DNA from: Antedon mediterranea
Taxonomy: Eukaryota; Animalia; Echinodermata
DNA length: 64,000 bases
Reading direction: 5' to 3'
Assembly: GCF_964355755.1 (NCBI RefSeq)
Contig: NC_092679.1
Location: forward strand, 13,189,432 to 13,253,431
Numbering within the stretch: position 1 is the stretch's first letter; every line of letters begins with the position of its first letter. Of this stretch, positions 24,746-37,990 are shown piece after piece. The notes under the pieces were generated by a model. That model made no database searches, was not told the origin of the DNA, and saw only the letters and a list, made by a program, of their open reading frames with translations. The position numbers and the translations under genes are program-made.

Positions 24746-27700
24746 CGCCCGGCCAGAGGTGAGCTGAGAGCGTATGCTCCTTGTTGATGTATCGTTGAGG
24801 GTGTTAATGGTAGGCACAATTGTGTAACTGTATTATGTATATACACATTAATTATTTATAAGTATGTTTATTGATATTGTTGTGTGCTGTAGTGTCTTGA
24901 CTAACGCATTATTAAAATATTTTTTTGTTATTACATGCCGCCCTAGGCTTGGCAACACTGAATACTAAATATTAGGATTCCCAATAAAATTAATAGAGGT
25001 GGATTTTCTCTATGTAATAATAAAGGTTATAACCGGCCGGGCCTAGTTAGGGGTATTTGAGCTTGTATCATATATTATTAATGCAGTAAATAAACAATTC
25101 ATTTGTATTTTTACCTACCAACAGGTCTATAATTGGAGTGCAACTATGATAATTGATGGACGGGATAAGCAAATGTATTTATTGATTGGAATGGAAGCGC
25201 AAATGTTAGAGTCAAATTATAATATTAAGGTAACAGATACTGAGCATTGCTATTTTAAACTGTTGATCAAACCTACATAATACATTATACTAAATTATTA
25301 TTTTGTTTTGAGGGCAGATAAACATGTGCTTATTCATTTTCCTTTTTTCAGGTGAATAGAAAGATGCCCAGCGTACTTTATAATAGATGCTACTTGGATC
25401 ATGCTTGCACGATACATTTATGCAGTATACTGAGACACCAAGTATAGAATGAGCGCAGACAATTAAAATTACAGAACTAAATATTTATGAAGAATAGTAA
25501 AATATGCATAATAGAATTCTTTAGACGTGAGTGCTAGGGTTACAGTCACACTGTAACTATGTATGTAGGTAATGTACTACCAGACAGTACACTAGTAGCA
25601 GTGCATCATATAGTGTTTTTTTTAACCATCTAAATGGGTCTGGGTATATAAACAAATAAACCACTACTGTACTTCTTTTTTTATTTATTTAGCCAAATAA
25701 TATGTACAATAGACATTTATGAAAGAATCCATCTCTTGAATATGATGGAGCTGCCTGGTGTTGATAGAATTAAAATGTATCACTCAGGTCTCAAAAGTAA
25801 TTTGTGTCCCGTTTGAAAAATCCTGCTTGTTCCAAACTCATTATGATACATTTGTTCAATAAAATTCATTCCACACACTATTTCTGTTATATAATTTGTT
25901 GATGTTTACAATTTTATTACTAGTACTATTACAGTTCTTCAAAGTCATCTCATGTACTGTTGATTCCATAAATCTGCAAAGATAAGACCAATAAATGGAT
26001 GGAAGTGTACTATTATTTTTATTCAATCCTACCTAGGCCTAGGCCCTATAGTATTATATTTTATGACTTGGTAACAAACAGAAAGAGGTTATTATTTAAT
26101 TACAGTTACTAACTAAACTATAATAATCCTCTCTGCCTCACCTCTGCTCTACTTTAATTATTAGTATTATTATATTACTATATTATTATTAGTCAATAAC
26201 AAAAGTCAGAGCCAAAAACAAGTTCAACACAAGCTTACCTTTTTTTATTTACGTCGCCTTTTACATACGTCTACGCCCGCGCCTTGTCCACTTCCTGGAG
26301 GTTCGTCGGTGGACCGACTCTCTTGTTTGTACTGTACTACAGTCTGTAGGCCATGGAGTAACTCCATGTGTAGGCCTGGCCTAGCCTAGTAGTATAGTAC
26401 TAGCGAATTTAGAAGAAACTATAGTCTACTAGACCTAGCCTAATTTGTAGTTTGCGTGAGTGGTTTAGTGTGAGATGTACAAATACACCCTTTCTTCTTT
26501 TCACGTACAATCTTTGCAGACATAACTTTTTATTGATTTGTGAAATATCGATATTTTCTACGACTGCAGCAACAGGGAGCTTGCAACACGTGAGTCTCGT
26601 GTAGGATGGGTTTGTTTATTTTGTTTACACCACACAGTCCGCGAACGAGACAAGGTGGTGATTGGACTGTATTAAAATTCATTAACCAATCACAAAACGA
26701 CTGCTGCCGTGGCTACAACCCCGGGTGTTTCAAACTCTAAATTTGACGATCTCGTACGTGCGTATAGAACGTTCATAAAAATTAAGATGGCGTGCCAGTT
26801 GGTCGGCCATTTTGCGGACGTTTTATACCAAAATTTAATTTGTTTATTTCTCAAGTTCTACTAGGTATTTGAATATAATTTTGTGTGTGCTGTTTATTAA
26901 CATTAAAAGGATTCATACAAAGTCATTTTTGTGAAATTTTAAAATCCTTTCATATCCATTTTAAGGCAAATTATGTTTTCAGATTACAAATTATAACTTT
27001 CCCACTCGTACACAAATACAGTTTTTGGAAAAGTAGTTGAGACTCAGTACCAGCCACAAATTGTCCCCTATCCTTTCCATAGAAAGCCTGATTGGTGTAC
27101 CAGGTTAAAAGTTATAGACGTTTTTGTTTTCAGGATAATAAAATGTTACGGACATGTCTACTTTAACCAGGGAAGAGTTAAATTACAATTTAAATTGTAA
27201 TTTAACTCTTTCCTTTAACATAGCACGATGTTGGGATCATCCAGGGAAGAGTTAAATTACAATTGTAATCTAACTCTTTCCTGGATCATCTTACTTTAGA
27301 ATTTGAATGCCGACTATGTTTCAAAAATAAAAAATAAAAATAACATGACATTGTAGGTAATTAATTAGGCATAAAAATACAGTTATAACATTAAATAATA
27401 ATATAGATACATTAGATAAAACTTCATGAAATATTTTTTTCTTTTGTTTATGTATATTTTTGTCAAATTTGAAGAATTTCCACGTAGTGTCAGGATTTTT
27501 TCTAAGGACCAAATTAATCCACTCCCAAAGACTTGTAATAAGATTTTGTTTATGTAGAGCATCTTGTGTATATGTTTGTCTTGTGAGCCTCTGAGGGTCC
27601 CTAATGATCAGCAATAGCTGGATGGATCACCCTCATTAAATAAGGTTAAAAAAAAAAAAACAAAAAACAAAACAACGAACTGTGACATGATTGAAATAAT

Positions 27701-28323
27701 TCTAAAAGTGTATACTATTACTACTATCACTATTATAGGAACATTCCGACTGTTTTGTTGTTGTTTTTTTTTTTTGCTATACGTCATATTACATGGAACT
27801 ATTACATGGCTATTTAATTCAACGTTGAAGCAGAAAGACAAAACAAGCATATACACGAGATCCTCTACATAAACAAAGTCATATTACAAGTTTTTGGTAG
27901 TGGAATTGTTTATTGTCATTAGAAAAACACTGACATGACGACTTAACCCCAGGACACTAGGATTGGTAGCTGAGCATCATAACCACCAAACCACAACTCT
28001 ACAGTTGGTCCACGACCGACGACACATCGATTGACCTGACCTAGTTTGGTCATCGGTCATCGGAAATAAAAAACATCCTATTGATTAAATATGGGTTCGT
28101 TAAATAAAAGTTTAGTTTAGTGTGTGTTTTATAAAACAAATAAAAAACATTCTTGTGTATATTATGTATGGTAATGATTTGAAGTATGAAAACTATCATT
28201 TCGTAATTTTTTTTTTTTTTTGTAATCATATAAGTTTAGTGAGTTCTATAAATTATTAAAATTGAAATTGAAATAAATCATCATTGTTATTTGGGAGTTT
28301 TAAATTGTTTATAATTTAAAGTA

Positions 28324-31300
28324 CTAGAGGGTGAGCTCGCTTCGCTCGCTCCCCCTCTAGGAAGTGTAGACGATGGTTCTCGGAATGATAATGTTCTCCT
28401 TATACATTTTCTGTCGGTTACCATAATTGAAAATGCTTGACATTCGTAAAACTAAACTACTTTGTTTCACAGTGTTTTAGATGATTAATAACATTTTAAA
28501 GTATAGTTTTTATTGTTTGGTAGGGCCCTTTGGGGAGGCGGAGGTCATTTGAGGGAGGTGCTTATTCGAGGGATATATGTTAAATTTTTTAGTTCTAATA
28601 ATATGGTAACATTTATAATCAAATGAAATCCTCTCATAGATAATTATGAAAAGTGGTAAAAAAGAATAACAAATGCTTGGTAAATTGCAGATAACAGTGC
28701 GGTGAATTCTACTACAAATAGTATAATTGTGTTATTATAAATATGTGGATGGACGTTTATTAGATAGTTGGGTTGTGGGGGGGGGGGTGTTATTATTCAA
28801 AATGATGTTTTATTGGAGAGGCGTTTATTCAAATGAATACCATCCTAATAATTATTAATACATTATTTAATTTAATCATCTTTTGAAACTAACTGCCGTG
28901 ACAGAGTGGGCCCAAGAAAGAAGACATTACGGCTTGCAACATGGGCAGACATCTCGGTCCTAACGGGACACAGGAAGATAGCCTACAGTTATTCCTGCAA
29001 GCTTACTCAATAAAACTCAGCTATCGGGATTTCACTCGAAAAATGTCTTATCAAATCTCCCTATGTAATTTTATAATACTATTCCCCACAATATATTCTG
29101 ATTCTTTATGGCGTATATTTAATTTGATCTTTATTAATTTGCAGTATAATTCCTATTATTTAACTACTGTACCTTCACACACGTGTGGTATGTTTTAAAA
29201 TAAACAAAAAACTATGGAACGCCGTTTACGCAACATTTCGATGATATGAATTTTATGACGCGATATGTGAATGAAATGCATCGATATGAATTGAATGGCG
29301 TGATATATGAATGAAATGTTTTGAATTGAATGCTTTGAATTGAATGTTTTGAATGAAATGTTTTGAATGAAATGTTTTGAATTGAATGTTTTGAATAAAA
29401 TGTTTTGAATGAAATGTTTTGAATGAAATGTTTTGAATGAAATGTTTTGAATGAAATGTTTGAATTGAATTGAAAAGTCAAACTATTGGCGGCGTATGTC
29501 ATTCCCGCTCGCGATTTTTTTTCAACCTCTTAAATAGGCCTAAGCATGGGTACCCTCATCTCCTTTCAACGCTGTCATCAATATGAATCCTTTACAGAGA
29601 CTCCCTAACAGACCTGAAACATTGGAATACATATTTCCGAACCCAGGTCTGTTAGGATTCTCTGTAAAGGCAGCGTGGAAGAAAGGAGATGAGGGTACCC
29701 AGGCTTAGGCCTAAGAGGTTGAGAAAATAATCGCGAGCGAAAATGACATACGCCACCAATAGTTTGACTTTTCAATTCAATTCAAACATTTCATTCAAAA
29801 CATTTCATTCAAAACATTTCATTTAAAACATTTCATTCAAAACATTTCATTCAAAACATTTCATTCAAAACATTTCATTCAAAACATTTCATTCAAAACA
29901 TTTCATTCAAAATATTCAATTCAAAGCATTCAATTCAAAACATTTCATTCATATATCGCACCATTTAATTCATATCGATGCATTTCATTCACATATCGCG
30001 TCATAAAATTCATATCATCGAAATGTTGCGTAAACGGCGTTCCATAAAAAACTGAAATGGCTATGATTAATGGCCAATTTTTTTTTCGTCTTCCAAAGAG
30101 ACACTGTATTGATTGATGGAAAGTGCCTGTTTTCAGTCACCTTTAGGGTCAAATCTATTATTTTAACTGCTCCCTGGTGTATCGCTCGCTCCCCTCTAGG
30201 AAGTGTAGACGATGGTTCTCGGAATGATAATGTTCTCCTTACATTTTCTGTCGGTTACCATTATTGAAAATGCTTGACATTCGTAAAACTAAACTACTTT
30301 GTTTCACAGTGTTTTAGATGATTAATAACATTTTAAAGTATAGTTTTTATTGTTTGGTAGGGCCCTTTGGGGAGGCGGAGGTCATTTGAGGGAGGTGCTT
30401 ATTCGAGGGATATATGTTAAATTTTTTAGTTCTAATAATATGGTAACATTTATAATCAAATGAAATCCTCTCATAGATATGAAAAGTGGTAAAAAAGAAT
30501 AACAAATGCTTGGTAAATTGCAGATAACAGTGCGGTGAATTCTACTACAAATAGTATAATTGTGTTATTATAAATATGTGGATGGACGTTTATTAGATAG
30601 TTGGGTTGTGGGGGGGGGGGGGGGGTGTTATTATTCAAAGTGATGTTTTATTGGAGAGGCGTTTATTCAAATGAATACCATCCTAATAATTATTAATACA
30701 TTATTTAATTTAATCATCTTTTGAAACTAACTGCCGTGACAGAGTGGGCCCAAGAAAGAAGACATTACGGCTTGCAACATGGGCAGACATCTCGGTCCTA
30801 ACGGGACACAGGAAGATAGCCTACAGTTATTCCTGCAAACTTACTCAATAAAACTCAGCTATCGGGATTTCACTCGAAAAATGTCTTATCAAATCTCCCT
30901 ATGTAATTTTATAATACTATTCCCCACAATATATTCTGATTCTTTATGGCGTATATTTAATTTGATCTTTATTAATTTGCAGTATAATTCCTATTATTTA
31001 ACTACTGTACCTTCACACATGTGTGGTATGTTTTAAAATAAACAAAAAACTGAAATGGCTATGATTAATGGCCAATTTTTTTTTCGTCTTCCAAAGGGAC
31101 ACTGTATTGATTGATGGAAAGTGCCTGTTTCCAGTCACCTTTAGGGTCAAATCTATTATTTTAACTGCTCCCTGGTGTATAAAAGAGAGAAAATATTTGA
31201 AACTAAGGTGAACTTATCTTAAACCCGGAAATTACTTTGACCGGGAAGAATTGAAATTGAGAGGAAAATCCAATGTTGAAATCATAAATGTTGTTAAAAA

Positions 31301-31487
31301 ACTCTTTATAATATCTTCCTAAGATATAAATATGGAACAATAGCGTCGGCGTGCACACTAATGTTATCAAATCTACGTTTCGCGGTACATCTCGGATAGA
31401 TAAGGTAGGTATCCAAGGCGGAGATTTGTAGAGAAGTTTTTGCATTGTGCTCGCCTATGTCAGAATTAACCATAATTTATATATAGA
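28324..31487 (-). mobile_element. Non-autonomous Helitron with an internal ~1-kb tandem duplication
   Basis: Minus strand A|TC...hairpin (gagcgagcgaagcgagctc)...CTAG|T with no TSD; the empty site aagta|tactt is at ~256. 28341-30180 (minus the nested MITE) repeats as 30181-31180. Confidence 0.88.
29213..30046. mobile_element. Palindromic MITE with TATGG...CCATA ends (IS3EU-like)
   Basis: Near-perfect ~830-bp inverted repeat with 14-bp ttttgaatgaaatg arrays. TSD is aaaaac (6 bp), or aaaaaact (8 bp) if the ends are read one base inward. The empty site is visible at ~31045. Confidence 0.85.
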
Positions 31488-32024
31488 TACTTAAACTGTA
31501 CATTCTGCATTAGGTACAGTAGTTTCATGGTTTCTTGATTATTAAACATTTTGTAGATTAAAATAAACCGTCAATGTTTTTAGAACTACAGTTTAAACTT
31601 TATAATTAGACAGTTTGACCGCTAAATCAATATAATATTTAAAAATGTACATATATATTATAATTAATTTTTTTTTTATCTTTCCATACATCTAGTTCCA
31701 TATCTGATTACATATTAAAGTTTTCTCTTAAAACATTTTCATCTCAGTACACTTTGCATATTATTCTATTAACAATGTTTGTTTTTATCGTCTGCTTACA
31801 TTTAAGTTTTTTTAAAGTTGTATTCATTTCATTACATATTATCACATTTTCCATTATTTTTTGTTTTTTTCTTTTCCATATATAATTTCTACTAGTACTG
31901 CTTTCCTCTTTTTATACATATAATCTCTTTAACCCATTTCAATTAACACTTTTTTTTATTAATATAGTTGTTTTTGTTTTGTTTTTTTTTCATCTACATA
32001 CGCATTCGTTTCTTTATACAATTA

Positions 32025-33165
32025 TCTATATATAAATTATGGTTAATTCTGACATAGGCGAGCACAATGCAAAAACTTCGGTACAAATCTCCGCTATGGA
32101 TACCTACCTTATCTATCTCAGATGTACCGCGAAGCGTAGATTTGATAACATTAGTTTTCACATCGACGCTATTGTTCCATATTTCTATCTTAGGAAGATA
32201 TTATAAAGGGTTTTATAAGAAATTTTCTGATTTCAATCGGTAAATTTTAACTCTACGCGCGGTAAGTAATTTCCGGGTTAACGGTAAGGTGTGTCAATCA
32301 CCTTGCAAGTTCCCTGCATGGTTGGTTTCAACCAGGGAGTTGTAAAACAACTCCCTGTTTCAACTAAGTTGGCCGTTGGTAATTGGTGGCGATAGCCATT
32401 TTGATTTTTTGTTTATTTTCGGACCGCGCGTGTGAAGGTATAGTACTGTAGTACATAAAGATCAAATTAAATATATTCATAAACATAGGAGTATTATTAT
32501 TATATTATAATTATATAAAATTACATCGAGAGAATTAATGATAAGAGCTTTTGTTTGAAATTTAATCGAATGAAACCCCGATAGCCGAGTTGTTGAGTAA
32601 GCTGCCAGTACTTTATGTATACTATGCGCTATCTGTGTCCTGTCAGGACCCTGGATACTTCTGCCCATGTTGCAAGCCGTCTAAAACGTCTTCCTTCTTA
32701 GGCCAAAACGGCTCACTGTGTCGCGGAATAATGTATTAATAATACCGATTAGGATGGTATTTATTTGAATAAACGCCTGGAACACCTCCCCAATAAAACA
32801 TCAATTAAAATAATTATCGCCACTCCTCCTCCCCCCATATCCAAATACCATCTAATTAACGCCCATCCACATTTATACACACAATATTGTATTATATTTA
32901 TAACACAATTATACTATTTTTGAGTAGATTTCATCGGACTGTTATCTACAATTTACCAAGCATTTGTTATTCTTTTTTACCACTTTTCATATCTACAATA
33001 AACACTATACGTAAAACGCTATTAATCATCTAAGACACTGTGAGTGAGTAGGTTTAGTTTTACCAATATCAAAAGCATTTAAATAATGGTAACTGATCGA
33101 AATCGTCCAGGCCAGAATGTCCTTCTAAAACTTTTTACCCGAGTCATTATCATTCTAAGAACCAT
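32025..33165 (+). mobile_element. Second diverged Helitron copy, 3' end missing
   Basis: Starts A|TCTATATATAAATTATGGTTAATTCTGAC, an inverted homolog of 28324-31487; no terminal CTAG. Confidence 0.8.
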
Positions 33166-33631
33166 GTTATTTATGTGAAGAATGTGTAGATTATAAATAA
33201 CTTATTTAATAGAAAAGAATAGATAAAGTGCACTTTACAGGCCTACATCAATGTGTTTGCCAATGCATTAGGCCTCATTGTTTGTTTGTTTTTTTGTCAT
33301 CTGAAAAAATCTTACTATCGCTATATTAGTTTATATTATACAAATTGCTAAAAAAGCAATTGCTAAGTATTTTGATTTGTTTTATACTTTTAAGTAACCT
33401 TCATTTTAAAAGATAATTAAGATATCGTAGATATTCGTTTTAAATATTATAGAATCGGTTTGTATTAATTATAATTTTAATTATAACTACTGTGTCATAA
33501 TGCGCAATTTAAAAGTAAAGTAGAATTAGTAAAAATTGTGTGATGTTGTTTGTATTATTTGAGTTTGTTATAGGCTTACTTTACTGACAATGATGCGAGT
33601 AAACCGGATCTCTATCAAATGTAGGTTACAT

Positions 33632-34045
33632 GAGCGAAATGCTTCGATAGTGCCAAGGTGGTTACATAGAGTGTTACAGAGGGAGATTATTAATATTACA
33701 TTGTGTAAGAGCGAGATGATTCGATAGTGCGAAGGTGGTTACATAGTGTTTACAGCGGGAGATTATTAATATTACATTGTGTAAGAGCGAGATGGTTCGA
33801 TAGTGCGAATGTGGTTACATAGTGTTACAGAGGGAGATTATTTATAATTACATTGTGTAAGAGCGAGATGATTCGATAGTGCGAAGGTGGTTACATAGTA
33901 TATTAATATTAATATTACATTGTGTAAGAGTGAGATGGTTATATAGTGCGAATGTGGTTACATAATGTTTACAGCGGGAGATTATTAATATTAGGCCTAC
34001 ATTGTGTAAGAATGAGATGGTTAGATAGTGCGAATGTGTTTACAT
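33632..34045. repeat. ~75-bp tandem repeat, about six copies
   Basis: gagcgagatggttcgatagtgcgaaggtggttacatag repeated; only one copy occurs at the paralogous sites ~1273 and ~55687. Confidence 0.85.
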
Positions 34046-35351
34046 GGAAGATTCAATTGGCTTCACTGACAATTCCACCTTCACCAAATTGTATTCAATG
34101 TGAAGTTTCTCAACGTGTGGTTTACAAGAACAAGTTAGTTTCTATACACGGAAATCTTTAGTAAAAGGCGAAATATACTTGCGTGGACCGGAACTAGACT
34201 AGAGAAACCAGAGTAAAGAGAAACATGTACAATAATTATATATGCATACCTATCGAAATAATTATGTTTAGATTAAGTGTGATATTGACAACCTTAATGG
34301 AATTAGAGAAATGTCATTAGCAATAATAATTCTAATCCTTCTTAAATCATTCAAATAATACTGTAGGCCTATATTAAGAAGGATTCTGGATTTAAATTGG
34401 ATTTCAAATATCGTTTATTTACAATAAGCTACCTAATAACTATTATAGCAAGTGGAGTTGTGGCTTGGTGGTTATGATGCTTGACTGCCACTCCAAGGAT
34501 CCTGGGTGCAAGTCCCGTCACAAAAAAAAACAATAATATAGACATGTCAAAATGAAGAATTAATAACGGGAAAAAAATGTCTAAGCTAGTGTGTTGGTTG
34601 TTATCATATAAGTATGTAGCCCTAAATGTAGCATAATGTATTTTTTGAATATACAATATATATTTAGGATAGTATATACAAAAAAATGTCAAAAATATGA
34701 GAAAATTATAAATTAATTAAATTGTAAATTTTTAAAAATGTGTAAACCCATTCTTAAAATGTCAATAATGAATATTTTAATGAAAATGTAATGAAGTTGA
34801 TATTTAAAATGGGGTTCTTTTATAAGCATTTCCCCTACTCCTTTTTTGTTTGTTTAAATCAATATTTTTATTTCTTATTGTCATTGTGTAATTTTCAACG
34901 TAAAAGAAATTGTCATTGCCATTTTTGGATTTGTTCATGTTTTTTATAGACAATACTGTTTGTTTTATAACACACCTTATAGTTTTATTCAATTTAATTA
35001 TCGTAAATCATTGAAGAATGCTAGGCCGGGAAGCTAGGCCATTGAAAAGGCATTTGGACGCCGAGTAGAGCCGTATAGACGGCGTGCACAACAAGTTGAT
35101 GTTCGCGAACGCGATCAGTCAAAAACGTCTCACGTTTACACAAAAAGCTGAACGTGCATTAGAGCGCGTAAATTATCACCACTAGATATCACTTTTTCGT
35201 TAGATATGCCATCACAGGGCAGGTCATTCAAATGACACGCGATGTGTAATTGACCAATCACACTGCAAGAATACAATCATCAGGCATGTTACAAAGCAAG
35301 CAAAACAAACATTAACCAGACACAGTACGAACTGTCGGAGATAAAGTTTAG

Positions 35352-35426
35352 AGTTTATACAGAATTGTGTAAAAAGATGTTCATCTTTCAAATCCTCGTG
35401 ATATTGGCCGCTTTCTAGCTGTTCAT
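35352..35426 (+). pseudogene. Frameshifted duplicate of the LGR signal-peptide exon
   Basis: gtttatacagaattgtgtaaaaagATGTTCATCTTTCAAATCCTCGTGATATTGGC matches 43602-43688, but an internal deletion gives an early TAG; downstream intron similarity continues to ~35590. Confidence 0.8.
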
Positions 35427-37714
35427 GTATGACTGTTTATTAATTTATCATAATAATTATAAGTTAATAGTCAAGAACTGGTTTAGATTATCTATTAAAA
35501 TAAGTTACCCGATCGATATTTGATAGTCAAAAAGCTGATTTAGATTATCTATTAAAATGAGTTAGTCCGATCGATATCTTTGAATACTGTAGTTTTAATA
35601 AATAAATGTCATTGTGTATGATTTAAGATTAATTTAATTTACAGTATAACAAAAATCGCTATTTTAGAAAATCGCGTGTAGATCACGTAACTATTAATTT
35701 CTATGGTGAATGGCCTATTTGGTCAAAACCCGTTTAGTAGTTTTTACGTAATCTTTCTAACACATAGACAAAGAAACACAGAAACTCATGAAGGCAAATT
35801 TAGGGTGATCTCAAACTTGAACTACAGCAACACGTGCAGTTTAAGTTATATCGATAATAAACAATAGTTTCATTTTTTGATAAGGAGCTCTTTTCATCCC
35901 ATCTGCAACGAGGCATTTAAACGGCTAATGGAAACACCATTTTTTTAGTTAGATTTTATTGTATTTTGTATTTTTATCTGTATTGTGGGTATATTTTAAA
36001 TTCAAATTTAAATTTAAACCATATAATAATAAGAACACACGTTCAAAAAATCTGTCCGTAGTTAAAATAAAAATTATCATCTGACAATAACACTTCATAA
36101 TTAATTTCAAAATTCAAAAACAACATCATAATTAATTAAATTCTCTACTGTATGTAATTATAACCGTATTCCTTGAATCTATAATTGAAATCGACGCCGT
36201 ATAGGCATGGTAATAATTAATTAATTTTATACGTTATAACACTAACCTGGTAATAAAAAGCTACTTTCGCATAAACTAAAGATTCTAAATTTAAGGGATA
36301 GATTTGCTTCAAAAAGTAAAAAAGTAATTACAGTTTATTTCATATTCAGTACAGAATTGTTAAAAAAAATATTTACCTTTAAAATTATCGAAACAATCAT
36401 GGTTTTCGGTCTTTTCTAATAACAGTTGCTACGGCAACGATTTTCGTGTCCATCATTTGTTTTCTGTATTCAATTAGAAAGCCTTGTAAATTATACAAAG
36501 CCCTGTAAATTATACAAATCCCTGTAGATTATAATAATTGTTTATGTAAATGTAATTGTGTAATAAATGTAAATACAAATGTATGTAAAGAGGCCCTTAA
36601 TCTCTCTGTGGCGGAGCTTATAAATACGAATTTAATTTGGGTATATCAGGGAAAAGTGAAAGTACAATTAATTTCAATCTTCCATGGGTATATATATATA
36701 TATACCTTTATACCCTCTCCCCTCAACACATCAACCCAACCTGAACTCTCTCCCCTCCCCGTCCCACCTCATATATCTTCCCTGTGTATATAAACATCTA
36801 TACCCTCTACTCTCAACACATCAACCCAACCTAAACTCCCCTCCCCACCCCACCTCATATACACCCCAACCATGACAAATCGTTTAGTTAACAAAAAGAA
36901 CGTAAGCCCAAAAACTCACTCTCTCTGGCGGACAAACTGCATATTAGGCCTATCTTAATTGTAAAAAACTGCATTCTTCTATCTTTAAACGGGCATTCAA
37001 ATTTGATATAACTTGGGTATAATCCGTCAGTCTGGCAGTATCACATTAAAAAAAATGAAATTTATATTATTTTCAGTGACAGAATGTCGTAATCCTATAC
37101 ATTCTCCGACATGAGCCGACAATTGGCCTACCTTCACTGTTATAACAATTATTACCCCAACGGCTTATTTGATGATTGATGTAGAATGTAACTGTTGCTA
37201 TAATCGATCAATATAAATTTAAATACAAATTAATGTGAAGAGGCCCTCTCTCAGGAGGACACTTCACAGTTTGATAGGCCTATCCATTCGAACTGTTTTG
37301 AGCGATGAAATCAACGACTTATCTGATGTTTATGTAGATGTACCTGATTTATAATCGATCCATATAAATTTAAATACAAATTAATGTAAAGAGGCCTTTA
37401 ATCTCTCTCTCCCCGAACACTTCAGATATTTTTAAAAATGTATGTTATAAATACATAAATATTTTTAAATTGTAACAAATCACGTAATAAACAATTGTGA
37501 AAAGTTATACCAGTATAAGTAATAACAATACGAGTAATTGACAGTCTACTACACTGTAAGTTACAATACCTAGATGGTACGCTTGCTTCGCTTGCTATTG
37601 CTATAATGATACCTCCTATTGTCGTGGTTGGTGTATAGATTGTTCTAGATGGAATACAATTGTACACGCACACAGAATTGTAAGTATGACTGTTGATATT
37701 ATAAGGCTTACCTT

Positions 37715-37765
37715 GAAATATATACTGATGAAGGGCTAGTGTTGCCCGAAAGCTCTGCTAACTTT
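37715..37765 (+). ncRNA. Minimal hammerhead-like motif
   Basis: CTGATGA-A-GGGC-tagtgtt-GCCC-GAAA-GCTC; the core and stem II are intact but stem I pairs poorly. Confidence 0.45.
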
Positions 37766-37990
37766 TCTGGCTGTTTACTTTATCGTTTTGATTTAGCTTT
37801 TCGCTTTTTTTTTGTATCTCCATTGAGATCCAGCCACTGATACCCACAGCATTGTCATTTTTTCAGTAATTTGCCTTTGGATATTTAATTTGAAACGATA
37901 AAGATGAGGAAATCTGTGAGAATGAGAAAAAGTCGCCCCAACCGAGACTCGAACTCGGACCGCCTGCTTGATATGCAGATGTCCTAACCA

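Larger units (their letters stand above)
22334..26960. mobile_element. Kolobok-type non-autonomous DNA transposon
   Basis: 15-bp TIR AATGGATATGAAAGG / CCTTTCATATCCATT with TTAA on both sides; RR...YY termini plus a TTAA target fit Kolobok. No transposase ORF seen. Confidence 0.7.

Noticed and set aside
28941-31036. Duplicated 85-aa ORFs as a captured gene
   Set aside because: They lie in the duplicated Helitron interior with no domain signature, and I saw no equivalent ORF in the diverged second Helitron.
34445-34520. tRNA-Gly(GCC)-like sequence
   Set aside because: The T-loop (gggtgcaag) and acceptor stem are degenerate; it matches SINE heads elsewhere in the window.
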